Shown: positions 1 through 8,917 of the stretch, piece after piece | Layout: the number at the start of each line of letters is the position of its first letter | Numbering within the stretch: position 1 is the first letter of the stretch | IMG/VR virus record: IMGVR_UViG_3300023119_000004 | Origin: a virus | Lineage: Duplodnaviria > Caudoviricetes | Reading direction: 5' to 3' (one strand) | Length of the DNA: 64,000 nt | Notes under the pieces: model-generated | What the model saw: the letters and a program-made list of their open reading frames with translations, nothing else | The model's database searches: none | Told to the model about the DNA's origin: nothing | Program-made: the position numbers and the translations under genes

Positions 1-1811
1 TGGTTTGTAACAACGTTTTGATCAACATAACCTTGTCCGCCATGTGAAATGTGTATTGTCCAAGTACTACCTTCAACAAGTTGTGGAGCCGCTGTTTTAT
101 AATCAGGACCAACAATAATAGTTTTAATAATATCCCATTTAGCACCAACTGATGTTTGACCAACTAGATCGACAGTTTGGTTAGTGTCAACTTGTTGTGT
201 ATATGTAGATTGGTAAAGATTTGTTTCTAGTGTATTAGTAATAATTTTTGCGTGTAACTGTTTTGCAAAGTTAAGAGAAGCAATAGTTTCTGTTAACTGA
301 GTTCTTCTTGCAATTTGACCACTTGCTGAACTGTAGTATCTTAAACCAGCATTTCTACTGTGGTAGTTTGCAAGTGTGCTATCAAGAACATCAAGAACAA
401 TACCATCTGCAATAAGTCCTAGGTCTCTGCGGCATAGTTCTCTATCATATAACAACGATGGATATGTTTCATCGAGATATGCAATAGTTTCTTCAATTAA
501 GAATTTTCTGTTTAGGTCTGTTAGAATTTTAACTTCTTCGTAACCGCTTGATGTAGTAACACCCGAATCTGTAACAAGACTTTTTCCTGCACCATTATTG
601 TATGTAATGTCTTGTACATATGGTCCAACGCCCAATGGTGAAGTATCAATAATTTCTTCTGCTTTAGCACAGGCCGCCGCCAGTGTTTTGTAAGCATAGT
701 TCCATGCTCTACCTTCTTGACCAACTGGAACATTAGCCATGCTGTCGTCACCACTTGTTGCAACATATAAATTAGCAACGGATGGAAACGCACTATTGTC
801 TACATAAAGTTTTGTAGCCGCTTGTAAATCTGTTTCACCATTTGGTGTACCTGCACCTGCAAATGAACCTGGATGATCATGTAATGTTAATGCACCAACC
901 ATTGTGTCGCCTTGTCTACGAACAACACTTTGTCTTGGCATTGCTTCTGTACTAATAAAGAAGCCTTGTAAACTTGAATCATACTCGGCATCAGTCATTG
1001 ACTGCGTACCAGTACCTGTTCCTGTAGTTAAACTAATTTTAACTCTAGTTTCGTCGTCGTTATTTTGTGCTTCATCAAGAGTTGTATGAACACTTAATTG
1101 TGTGTCACTTACAAAGCGTAAGTAATATGTATTACCACTAACTAAACCAGTTGCATCAGTTCCTGTTGAATTATACTTGTATGCAATACCATTTGATGTA
1201 GAAGTAAATCCGTGTCCACCATTAACAACAATATTACCATTTGCGTAACTGCTAATTACAAAAGTATAACTTGAAGCATCGGCAGGCTCTGTACGTACAC
1301 GAACTTGTCCTTCAGCACCTGGTGACCCAGCACTTCTTAAAAATCTACTATCTGCATACCCTTTGGTAATTACAAGATCATCAATATCAAAGTTAGTACC
1401 ATGTGCAGAGTTTAACGAGTTTACAGCGGCTTGTGAAACTGCCGCGTTAGCAATAGCCTGGTTTGCCGCATTTAGAGGACCACCTAAACTTGGAACACCG
1501 TCTGTACTAACAACTGAACTTGTATTTGAAATAACAATCTGTTCTGGACTTGTTGTTTGGATTGTCATACCTTGGCCAGCAACCAAAGTCTTCATTTCAA
1601 TTGCACTACCTTGTGCGTTTGCCATTGGTACTGTATATGGTGTTAATACTGACGGAACATCACTTAAACTTGTAAAGTTAATTTGTCCACCGATACCAAA
1701 TACTGCGTATAGTTCTGTAAAGTTTTCGTTTACTTTATTAAACGCTTCACGTATCGCGTCACCGGTATTATCGTTACCCTCTGTACCAATGTTAATAATC
1801 TGTTTTGCCAT
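1..1811 (-). CDS. Baseplate wedge/structural protein (T4 gp9/gp10-like N-terminus), truncated at left window edge
   Basis: Manual translation from ATG 1811: MAKQIINIGTEGNDNTGDAIREAFNKVNENFTELY, the typical IxIG..NDxTGD.R.AF.K.N.NF baseplate motif. Missed by the ORF track because it has no stop in the window. Confidence 0.75.
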   Translation of the reverse strand, partial: MAKQIINIGTEGNDNTGDAIREAFNKVNENFTELYAVFGIGGQINFTSLSDVPSVLTPYTVPMANAQGSAIEMKTLVAGQGMTIQTTSPEQIVISNTSSVVSTDGVPSLGGPLNAANQAIANAAVSQAAVNSLNSAHGTNFDIDDLVITKGYADSRFLRSAGSPGAEGQVRVRTEPADASSYTFVISSYANGNIVVNGGHGFTSTSNGIAYKYNSTGTDATGLVSGNTYYLRFVSDTQLSVHTTLDEAQNNDDETRVKISLTTGTGTGTQSMTDAEYDSSLQGFFISTEAMPRQSVVRRQGDTMVGALTLHDHPGSFAGAGTPNGETDLQAATKLYVDNSAFPSVANLYVATSGDDSMANVPVGQEGRAWNYAYKTLAAACAKAEEIIDTSPLGVGPYVQDITYNNGAGKSLVTDSGVTTSSGYEEVKILTDLNRKFLIEETIAYLDETYPSLLYDRELCRRDLGLIADGIVLDVLDSTLANYHSRNAGLRYYSSASGQIARRTQLTETIASLNFAKQLHAKIITNTLETNLYQSTYTQQVDTNQTVDLVGQTSVGAKWDIIKTIIVGPDYKTAAPQLVEGSTWTIHISHGGQGYVDQNVVTN

Positions 1812-1820
1812 TTGCTATTC

Positions 1821-2144
1821 CTAAAGTCCTATTGATTCCCCACAACCGCAACTTGATGTTGAAGCAGGATTTGTAATGTTGAAGTAAGATCCAAATAATT
1901 CTTTTTTGTAATCAACTGTTGATCCTATCAAATACATAATACTTGTACTATCTATAGCAAACTTGCCATTTTCTAGATCAATTACTTCATCGTTATCTTC
2001 TAGCGTGTCCTCTAATGACCAATCATACATGAATCCTGCACAGCCACCACCTTTTAAGGATAGTTTTACGGCTGGTTTTTGATGCTCTTTAAGCATACTG
2101 TTTAGATGTTCTTTTGCAGAATCAGTTAATGTTACTACTGTCAT
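1821..2144 (-). CDS. iscA: A-type Fe-S carrier (IscA/ErpA/HesB family)
   Basis: GGGCAG and SSCGCGES motifs, 107 aa. Confidence 0.92.
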   Translation of the reverse strand: MTVVTLTDSAKEHLNSMLKEHQKPAVKLSLKGGGCAGFMYDWSLEDTLEDNDEVIDLENGKFAIDSTSIMYLIGSTVDYKKELFGSYFNITNPASTSSCGCGESIGL

Positions 2145-2196
2145 TTTTAAAACCTCTCATTGTTATTTACCTTTATTTCTATAATCTTAATGTAAT

Positions 2197-2204
2197 TATA
2201 AATA
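2197..2204 (+). promoter_or_regulatory. T4-like late promoter TATAAATA
   Basis: Exact TATAAATA 9 nt upstream of ATG 2213. Confidence 0.65.
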
Positions 2205-2212
2205 TATGTGTT

Positions 2213-2503
2213 ATGTTTTTAAGAACCGAGCAAAAAATTCAGTACTACCTACGTAAAGGTAAGAAGGGTCAGCACCATCCTTATAAACGTAAGAAGACGA
2301 TTGTGTTCTTCGAATGTGATAATTGTCACGAAGAATTTACCCGTGACAAAGGACAAGTAGATCCTAAACGTTTAAATGATGATTATTCACACGTTTGCCC
2401 TAAGTGTGATCCTAAAAGATTTGCACAGAAAAAAGGTGTGCAACAACGAAAGAAATTAAACTTGCCTGTAGATAGTATGGACGTTGACATTAGCAGTCTA
2501 TAA
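2213..2503 (+). CDS. Hypothetical Zn-ribbon protein
   Basis: CDNC and CPKC pairs; start ATG 2213 after late promoter (ORF track start 2114 is too early). Confidence 0.65.
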   Translation: MFLRTEQKIQYYLRKGKKGQHHPYKRKKTIVFFECDNCHEEFTRDKGQVDPKRLNDDYSHVCPKCDPKRFAQKKGVQQRKKLNLPVDSMDVDISSL

Positions 2504-2531
2504 CTTTTTAATGCCAACTCCATTTAACTAA

Positions 2532-2696
2532 TTATTCGGACTTCCAAATAGTCCAAGCACCGTATGCGATTGCCCCGTATGCGAATAGAGCCGCGATAGG
2601 TTTAAAAATAAGAAAAGTTAGTCCGGCTACTACTAATACTACACCGTCTAATGTTGTACGCTCTTTTAAACGAGCATTAATCCATTTTTGTAACAT
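2532..2696 (-). CDS. Small membrane protein (54 aa)
   Basis: MLQKWINARLKERTTLDGVVLVVAGLTFLIF...; SD AAGGAGA and TATAAATA (2720-2727, minus) upstream. Confidence 0.65.
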   Translation of the reverse strand: MLQKWINARLKERTTLDGVVLVVAGLTFLIFKPIAALFAYGAIAYGAWTIWKSE

Positions 2697-2727
2697 AAGT
2701 ATCTCCTTTTGTGTAGAAATATTTATA

Positions 2728-3747
2728 TTAGATAGATTCGTACAATTTAATGCTGGCTAAGTTTTTGGCTTTAGATTCTACCATAATATCTGCACGATCA
2801 CGGAATGAAAGAGCCCATTCGTTAACTGCCGAATTCCACATAAAGTCGGAGTGAGCACGTAGTTTCTGCTTCTTATAACCGTTCATAAGCAGATATTCCA
2901 TATCAGGCATTTCATCTGTAGGCCATTCTGTAAGTAGATCTTCACGTGATACTGAGTAGTGAATAACAGGACGCACACCACGCCAACTATCAATTATGCG
3001 ATCAAATCTACGATCGGTGGGTTGAATGTATTCTCCACTAGCGACCCAGTGGTGGTGTATGTCAAGAACGAGTGCGACGTGGTTGGCAAGTTCCAGGCTG
3101 GCGTCGATGCCCCAGGACATTTCGTCATTTTCAATTGTAATACAGTTTCGTGCTTCTGGAGACAGTCTTGGAAGGACGTCGATGATACCGGCTGGACCTT
3201 GTCTGCCTGAGATGTGGACGTTACACTTGAAGTCTTGCCAATTGTTACCGTAACCCATCCACCTGGCGATGTCAATGTGATACTCAAATTCTTCTATGCT
3301 CCGTTCAACGATATCAGGATTATCTGACGCAAGTACAGTAAACTGACCAGGATGCATAGAAAGCCTAACATCCAGTTCACGAGCCTTTGCGCCGACGTGA
3401 GCCAAGTTCCTTTCACAATATTGTCGTACATCAGGCTTGCGCCAGAAATAACTCCAAGTAGGCTCAGTATAAACAGGTAGGACGTCACTTCCCAACCTAA
3501 CCATACGTAATTCATTCGGTAGTCCTCCTACATAGTTAACAAGGTTCCAATAACTTTGTATGTTATGAACCATAATGTCCCATAGACGCTGTTCAGCAAC
3601 ATCACGTGTTTGCCTATTCAACCAAGCAACAGTTGTTGCTTTTGTATTTAACGGTCGTTGAATCTCCTCTAGCAGTTTCTTCTTCTGCGTTTGATCAGGA
3701 TGCATATATTTGCAGGCAAAGCCTATACGTTTCGTAGTCGATTCCAT
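2728..3747 (-). CDS. uvsE: UV-damage endonuclease (UvsE/UVDE)
   Basis: RLSMHPGQF, IEND, LDIHHHW and HSDF motifs. Confidence 0.92.
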   Translation of the reverse strand: MESTTKRIGFACKYMHPDQTQKKKLLEEIQRPLNTKATTVAWLNRQTRDVAEQRLWDIMVHNIQSYWNLVNYVGGLPNELRMVRLGSDVLPVYTEPTWSYFWRKPDVRQYCERNLAHVGAKARELDVRLSMHPGQFTVLASDNPDIVERSIEEFEYHIDIARWMGYGNNWQDFKCNVHISGRQGPAGIIDVLPRLSPEARNCITIENDEMSWGIDASLELANHVALVLDIHHHWVASGEYIQPTDRRFDRIIDSWRGVRPVIHYSVSREDLLTEWPTDEMPDMEYLLMNGYKKQKLRAHSDFMWNSAVNEWALSFRDRADIMVESKAKNLASIKLYESI

Positions 3748-4424
3748 GTGTCTTCCCAGTTTTTAATATTATAGCAAATTCCTAGATCGTTGTCAATGAT
3801 TTGTTTTTTCAAAGGATAGTCATTTCCTTCAGGATACATAGCATCACCAAAAAAGTGTAGTGTATCATTTGGACTAAAATCTCTTAAGATTTGTGATTTG
3901 TCATTGCCTTTTGGAAAAACATCAATGCCTGTTTCACCGCCAACCTTAGCACTTATCTCTGGGAACATAGTTTCGAACGCTCTTGCTATTCTATCTCGTT
4001 CGTTTATCCTTAAATCATGCTCTACATATAGTTTACGTTCACCCACAGTAGCATTACGTCCTACTACACTAAAATTACACATACCAGGTCTATGCTCAAA
4101 GTGTAGTCCTGTACGTAGTGGGAATTCGCTTTCGTTCATGCATTGTGTTAAAAACTGTTCTGCTATTTCAGGTAATTTCCAATCTGTTGTATAAACATTA
4201 GTTCCTGCTTCGTAAACATCACTGCCTGAACAGTTGTAAACTTTTTTAACATTTTCGCAAATGTCAGAACCAATTTGTTCAACAGTTTTTTCGTAATCAC
4301 TGCCTGTTACAAGATATACATTATTTGAATATGTAAATTCTAAAAACCAACGTTGAAACTCAACGTTCATTTTTTGACGACTCGGAGTCAGAGTACCGTC
4401 CACGTCAAATATGAATCTTTCCAT
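3723..4424 (-). CDS. HAD-IIB phosphomannomutase-like hydrolase
   Basis: FDVDGTLT motif I, VTGSD, FGD...GND motif IV. Confidence 0.85.
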   Translation of the reverse strand: MERFIFDVDGTLTPSRQKMNVEFQRWFLEFTYSNNVYLVTGSDYEKTVEQIGSDICENVKKVYNCSGSDVYEAGTNVYTTDWKLPEIAEQFLTQCMNESEFPLRTGLHFEHRPGMCNFSVVGRNATVGERKLYVEHDLRINERDRIARAFETMFPEISAKVGGETGIDVFPKGNDKSQILRDFSPNDTLHFFGDAMYPEGNDYPLKKQIIDNDLGICYNIKNWEDTWNRLRNV

Positions 4425-4577
4425 TTACTGCTTTTTCCTTACTTGTGGCTTAGGTTTACGTTCTTGCGGTTTTTCTAAAATGTTACGAATTGTATAAAGT
4501 TGTTCAATAACATCTTCAACTAGGTCTATGTCACTTGGCTTGTCTGTATCAAGATCAAGTTCTATTTTAATTTTCAT
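4425..4577 (-). CDS. Small hypothetical protein (50 aa)
   Basis: MKIKIELDLDTDKPSDIDLVEDVIEQLYTIRN...; fills the gap between flanking genes. Confidence 0.55.
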   Translation of the reverse strand: MKIKIELDLDTDKPSDIDLVEDVIEQLYTIRNILEKPQERKPKPQVRKKQ

Positions 4578-5232
4578 TTTGTTGTCCGTCTAAATATATA
4601 TGAATTTTCTTTGCTCTATCTTTTACAAGTGTTGTATAATCAGGATTAGTACTCCACTTGTTTAAAAAATCTATTTGTTTATCTATATCAAAATTGTGAT
4701 CGTTAAATTGTTTTACACGTTCTGCTCTAAATTCTGTGTAAGCCGGATGGGTGTTAATAATTCTAATCATGTCTTTAACACTTGCACATTTACTTCTATA
4801 CTTTTTAACACCAAAGTCGGCATCAGGTAAGTCAATCGGTTTTAATTGAGGTACGTTAGGATCCCAGGTTCTAATGCCAAAAAGGTTATTTCCATCTCTT
4901 GCAAATCTACTTTTGCCATAGCCTGTTTCAAGCACAGCCATTGCTATAATAATATCTCTATGAATTCTTTCTCTAGGTTCAATACCTAAGTTCCAAAAGT
5001 CAACACAACGAGCAACACCTTTAACAAATTGTTCGTCGGTAGTATAATCAATTGCAGGTTCTAAAAATCCAAACTCAGACCATTCGTTTGCAAATGCTTT
5101 TTGCATTTTAGCAGTCCATTTGTCTGTAATCCAATGATTAGGAAACCAAGTGCCTAGCCCAAATGTAGAAATAATCACAACTACACCTGCAAGAAAATAT
5201 GTTATTTGTTTTTTGACTTTTTTACTAATCAT
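4567..5232 (-). CDS. Glucosaminidase/Bax-like peptidoglycan hydrolase with N-terminal TM anchor
   Basis: AMAVLETGYGKSRFARDGNNLFGIR and WSTNPDY, the GH73 signature. Confidence 0.85.
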   Translation of the reverse strand: MISKKVKKQITYFLAGVVVIISTFGLGTWFPNHWITDKWTAKMQKAFANEWSEFGFLEPAIDYTTDEQFVKGVARCVDFWNLGIEPRERIHRDIIIAMAVLETGYGKSRFARDGNNLFGIRTWDPNVPQLKPIDLPDADFGVKKYRSKCASVKDMIRIINTHPAYTEFRAERVKQFNDHNFDIDKQIDFLNKWSTNPDYTTLVKDRAKKIHIYLDGQQNEN

Positions 5233-5240
5233 ATGACTAT

Positions 5241-5269
5241 ATTATAACTAACTTTGTTTGAAAAGTCAA
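5241..5269 (-). promoter_or_regulatory. Sigma70-type early promoter TTGACT-N17-TATAAT
   Basis: Near-consensus hexamers with 17-nt spacer, upstream of the glucosaminidase gene. Confidence 0.75.
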
Positions 5270-5272
5270 GTC

Positions 5273-5974
5273 CTATTTCCAATTTTCTTTGCACCAAGGA
5301 TCAATGCAATCTTTTGGATTCGGATCACCATGAAAAACTGCAACACTTGTTTCGGGTAGAATTTTTGGTACGCCAGGAGAGACAAAGTTGCGTTTACCTG
5401 TAATACGTGTCATTTCGGGTCTGCCACGCATTTCCCATTTATAACTTTGTATCCATTCGTCAGGCCAAAAGTTAAATTCTGAACGAACATTTTCATATAG
5501 CCAATCTTGATCTCCATGATATCTTTTTGAATGATATCCAGGCTGTTCCATAAACCTTTGATATACAACCTTGTGTTGTCCTGTTTCTAATCTAAATATA
5601 CTAGAGTTCATTCGAGACCATGTCGATTGCATTGATCTATTAAAATCTCTAATAACACAGAACTCACCTGCCTTATATGTAAACAGTTTATCTATGTTAT
5701 CAAAGATAATAACATCTAGATCAATATAAAGTACTGTACCATGTATTCCTAAATTAGGATTAAAGAACATAGTCTTGTACCACCAACCATTAATTTCAGG
5801 ATGCTTTTGAATAGGCATAACTTGTATGCCCGGGTTAATTCCTGTAGCATCTTCTGTAAAGCAGACAAAGGTATGAGGTACTGTTAGATTACGACTAACC
5901 ATACTATGCAAAGTGTTTACATACTCAGCACTATATTTGTTACCGTATTTTAAGCAAACAACATAGTTAGCCAC
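5273..5974 (-). CDS. Glycosyltransferase-like protein (GT-A, DxD)
   Basis: VCLKYGNKY, GWWYK, LYIDLDV, NSS, GDQDW, FHGDPNP. Confidence 0.75.
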   Translation of the reverse strand: MANYVVCLKYGNKYSAEYVNTLHSMVSRNLTVPHTFVCFTEDATGINPGIQVMPIQKHPEINGWWYKTMFFNPNLGIHGTVLYIDLDVIIFDNIDKLFTYKAGEFCVIRDFNRSMQSTWSRMNSSIFRLETGQHKVVYQRFMEQPGYHSKRYHGDQDWLYENVRSEFNFWPDEWIQSYKWEMRGRPEMTRITGKRNFVSPGVPKILPETSVAVFHGDPNPKDCIDPWCKENWK

Positions 5975-5984
5975 TGTGCCCTCC

Positions 5985-6578
5985 TTACATTGATGTATTT
6001 ACTGGACCGTATGATTTAGTATTCATTGCTTTCATAGGATTAGCACCCAAACTTAACGTTACCCTTGGACCTATAATCATAGGTTTGTGATTTGTTAGTC
6101 TTGGTAATAAAATTGCATCACCCGGATTTAGTGTGTAGATTGTTTTTTCTTGAGTATCTTTATCAGTTACTAAGTAAGCAACCTGTCCGTATCCTTGAAT
6201 TAGTAATACAGTTTCATAGTCATTATGAAGCATTAAACTATTGTGTGTGTCACTCATGCTGTAAAATAAACTAGCATTGAAGTGAGTTTCAGTTTCGTGT
6301 CGATCATAGTTTGATTGGAAGTCAAGCATATACTTTTGCAATCTCTTATCAGATCCAACATCGGGCAAGTGCGATCCGCCTCTTGCTAATTCATCGACAT
6401 TAGTAATTGTTGCTTTGTATTGATTTACTTCTACAAGAGTTTCAAAATTAATATCGTTTTTTGCATCGGGAAAAGCATTACGATAAACAGCAACGTTTAG
6501 ATTTTTACGATCTTCGTTTACTTGACTCCAATCCATCTTACGCCTCGTAGATTGCAGAGTTAGCACCGTGTTCTGCAC
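5985..6578 (-). CDS. JmjC/cupin-like oxygenase
   Basis: LHND...LNPGDAILLPRLTNH (HxD...H); true start may be near 6535. Confidence 0.6.
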   Translation of the reverse strand: MQNTVLTLQSTRRKMDWSQVNEDRKNLNVAVYRNAFPDAKNDINFETLVEVNQYKATITNVDELARGGSHLPDVGSDKRLQKYMLDFQSNYDRHETETHFNASLFYSMSDTHNSLMLHNDYETVLLIQGYGQVAYLVTDKDTQEKTIYTLNPGDAILLPRLTNHKPMIIGPRVTLSLGANPMKAMNTKSYGPVNTSM

Positions 6579-6987
6579 ATTCTACCTTAACGCAATAACA
6601 ACGATTATCTGTCTTTTCTCTAATTAGTTTGTCTGCAAAATTAAATGCGTGTTCTGCAAACTTCTCTGCACCAACACCATCAAATATTCTTAGTTCTGCT
6701 AGACCCAGTGCTTCTAGTTTTTGTAATTCTTCTAAAAATGGATCTGCTCGATCTACTGCTACCTTGTGATCAAAACTATCTTCTAGCCAAGCCTTTAGTG
6801 GTTTTAGTCCTCCAAAGTCTACTGCCCAGTTTTTGTTATCTAGTTCATCACAACCAAATGTGAATGTAAATGCTAGACTGTAACCGTGTAGTAGATGGCA
6901 ATGTGAATGATCTGCGTTTGGTTGTCTAAAGACTGCCGATAGGCCAATATTATGACCATAATGTTTTGTACTGTAATGTTTACCCAT
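6538..6987 (-). CDS. queD: 6-pyruvoyl-tetrahydropterin synthase / QueD-like
   Basis: HCHLLHGY, VDFGGLK, FDH, GAEKFAE, VECAEH motifs. Confidence 0.88.
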   Translation of the reverse strand: MGKHYSTKHYGHNIGLSAVFRQPNADHSHCHLLHGYSLAFTFTFGCDELDNKNWAVDFGGLKPLKAWLEDSFDHKVAVDRADPFLEELQKLEALGLAELRIFDGVGAEKFAEHAFNFADKLIREKTDNRCYCVKVECAEHGANSAIYEA

Positions 6988-7007
6988 TATTAACTCCTAT
7001 ATATAAT

Positions 7008-7040
7008 GGCGGCAGAATTAGAAGGGGTGACGCCAAGTCC
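7008..7040 (-). promoter_or_regulatory. Candidate structured 5' leader of queD
   Basis: 33-nt segment with 20 G+C in AT-rich DNA; UGGCG/CGCCA and GAC/GUC pairings, just upstream of the SD. Confidence 0.4.
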
Positions 7041-7071
7041 TATATTAAACATATTGTATAGTATATACAAT

Positions 7072-7683
7072 TTATTTGCTTTTGTCAAGTCTTTTGTGGT
7101 ACGTATTAAAACTTATAGTTACTCGTTTTGTAGTTGTGTTTGGTGTTGAATAGTGATACAACCAACTAGGAAACAGTATTAACAGTTCGCTTCTAGGTTG
7201 AAACTCCATATTATTAGTTGTATAATACGTAGCCTTGTTGTGTATTTCAGCCATTTTAGGTCCAAGTATAGGACTTTCAAATACTAGTGGCGCACTACCT
7301 TCTTCAACAATTGGATAATATGCTCCGCTAATAATTGATAACTCGTGCCTGTGTTTGTTGATTACACCTTGTTCCTCTTGTATGTTAAGCCAACTCTTTC
7401 CAAGTTCTACAATGTCAAGACCTGCATCTTCACAATACTCGTCAAGACAATCCTGAATGCCTGTTCTTACTTTTGTTAATTCTTTCGAATGTAGAAAGTT
7501 CATTTCATGTTGGCTAGAAGTTTTACCATTGCCAATATCATCAGGCCATACAGTTAGGTCTTTGTAGTTGTTTAGATATTCTTTTTCTTCAGTGCCAAAA
7601 GGAACTTGGTACACCTGTACTAGTGTAGGAAAGATATCATATGTTGCTTTTCTAAACGTTCCGTCAACTATCGACGCTCTCAT
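7072..7683 (-). CDS. 2OG-Fe(II) oxygenase (TIGR02466-like)
   Basis: SWLN...HRH..ISGAYY...LFPSWLYH...RVTISFN. Confidence 0.85.
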   Translation of the reverse strand: MRASIVDGTFRKATYDIFPTLVQVYQVPFGTEEKEYLNNYKDLTVWPDDIGNGKTSSQHEMNFLHSKELTKVRTGIQDCLDEYCEDAGLDIVELGKSWLNIQEEQGVINKHRHELSIISGAYYPIVEEGSAPLVFESPILGPKMAEIHNKATYYTTNNMEFQPRSELLILFPSWLYHYSTPNTTTKRVTISFNTYHKRLDKSK

Positions 7684-8314
7684 GCTTTTCCATCCTATAA
7701 TCTCTTAGAGTAGAGTAGTAATCTCTGTCCATGTGTCGAACTGTATTAAAACTAATTGTATATCTTTTTTGTGTAGGATTTCTAGGAACACTATGTCGCA
7801 ACCAACTTGGGAAAATAACTAATAGTCCTGTCTTTGGCATACATTCAATTTCGTAACGATTATAATTTGTAAGGTTGATACTGTTAGTGTTCATAAAGTT
7901 TGCTTGAATAGGACTTTCAAGAATTAAAGGCGAACTGCCTGGATCAACATAAGGATAGTATGCTCCACTAATAACACTTCTTTCGTGTCTGTGAGCATCA
8001 ACTAAACCACCTTCATACAAACAATTAAACCAACTAGTACTAAGCAATGTATAATCAATACCTGCTTCTTGTGTATAAATGTCACAGCACTCTTGAATTG
8101 TTTTCCATAGGTCTGTTAGTCTTTTGTCATTTAGGAATTGTTCGTCACCTTTAATATAACTACTTTGGCCTTCGTGAACTAATCTATGATTTCCTGTTGC
8201 TTCGAACTTTTCGATTAATTCTAAAACTGTTTTTTCATCTTTGTGTCCTTCTAATTCAAAAGTTGAGATTAGAGTAGGAAAAGCCTGATGATGAACAAAA
8301 TCAATTGCTGACAT
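7664..8314 (-). CDS. 2OG-Fe(II) oxygenase (TIGR02466-like), paralogue of neighbour
   Basis: SWFN...HRH..ISGAYY...IFPSWLRH...RYTISFN. Confidence 0.85.
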   Translation of the reverse strand: MSAIDFVHHQAFPTLISTFELEGHKDEKTVLELIEKFEATGNHRLVHEGQSSYIKGDEQFLNDKRLTDLWKTIQECCDIYTQEAGIDYTLLSTSWFNCLYEGGLVDAHRHERSVISGAYYPYVDPGSSPLILESPIQANFMNTNSINLTNYNRYEIECMPKTGLLVIFPSWLRHSVPRNPTQKRYTISFNTVRHMDRDYYSTLRDYRMEKHESVDS

Positions 8315-8894
8315 TAAAAACTCCTATATCTAAATTCTTTAAGTTACTGTACTTATCGGGCCAGATTTTTTTATTGTAATTCCTGAACTTAATATTGGGA
8401 AAGTTCTCTATTACTTTGCCTATTTGGTAAATCCAATAACTTGGATCAACAGGCTTTTTGGTTTCGGCATCGTAGTTTTTAGTTCCTTTATAAATGTTGT
8501 TTACAAACTTTGTTTCGCTATAAAGATCAAATCCGATTAGATCTACAGTATCTTTGGTTAGCATAGCACCAAGCAATACTGCATAAGGTCCGCTACCCCA
8601 ATGCCACGGGTCATCTGGCCTAATCCATTCTGATCCACTATAAGGTAATTGCGGTAGTGTATGCACTTCATTAAATTGATTACTCCAGTCTTTCCTAGTC
8701 CAGATCACGCCTTTATAACCACCAGTTTGTGCTTCAATAACCATGCGTTTATCACAGCATACTAGATGATCAACAGCATAGTCTCGATATACTGCATTAC
8801 ATCCTACTTTAATACCAGTATATTGTCCTATGTCAATACCTTTTCTAGACTCTCCGTTGCCAATTACAAGCATAGCAATATTTAATAAATACAA
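8301..8894 (-). CDS. Hypothetical protein (Maf/DUF115-like; possible glycosylation accessory)
   Basis: VIGNGESR, GCNAVYRD, WGSGPYA, LIGFDL pattern; start probably near 8873. Confidence 0.5.
   Translation of the reverse strand: MYLLNIAMLVIGNGESRKGIDIGQYTGIKVGCNAVYRDYAVDHLVCCDKRMVIEAQTGGYKGVIWTRKDWSNQFNEVHTLPQLPYSGSEWIRPDDPWHWGSGPYAVLLGAMLTKDTVDLIGFDLYSETKFVNNIYKGTKNYDAETKKPVDPSYWIYQIGKVIENFPNIKFRNYNKKIWPDKYSNLKNLDIGVFNVSN
8884..8891 (+). promoter_or_regulatory. Late promoter AATAAATA for tail-fibre genes
   Basis: Motif 27 nt upstream of ATG 8918. Confidence 0.55.
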
Positions 8895-8917
8895 TAGTTA
8901 CAAGGAATAATACTGAA

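Noticed and set aside
521-1824. ORF-track calls 521-793(-), 904-1089(+) and 1363-1824(+)
   Set aside because: They are shadows of the long minus-strand baseplate ORF starting at 1811 that runs off the window.
7008-7040. Canonical preQ1-I riboswitch before queD
   Set aside because: Lacks the AGAGGUUCUAG...CCCUC plus A-rich tail pattern I recall; reported only as an unknown candidate.
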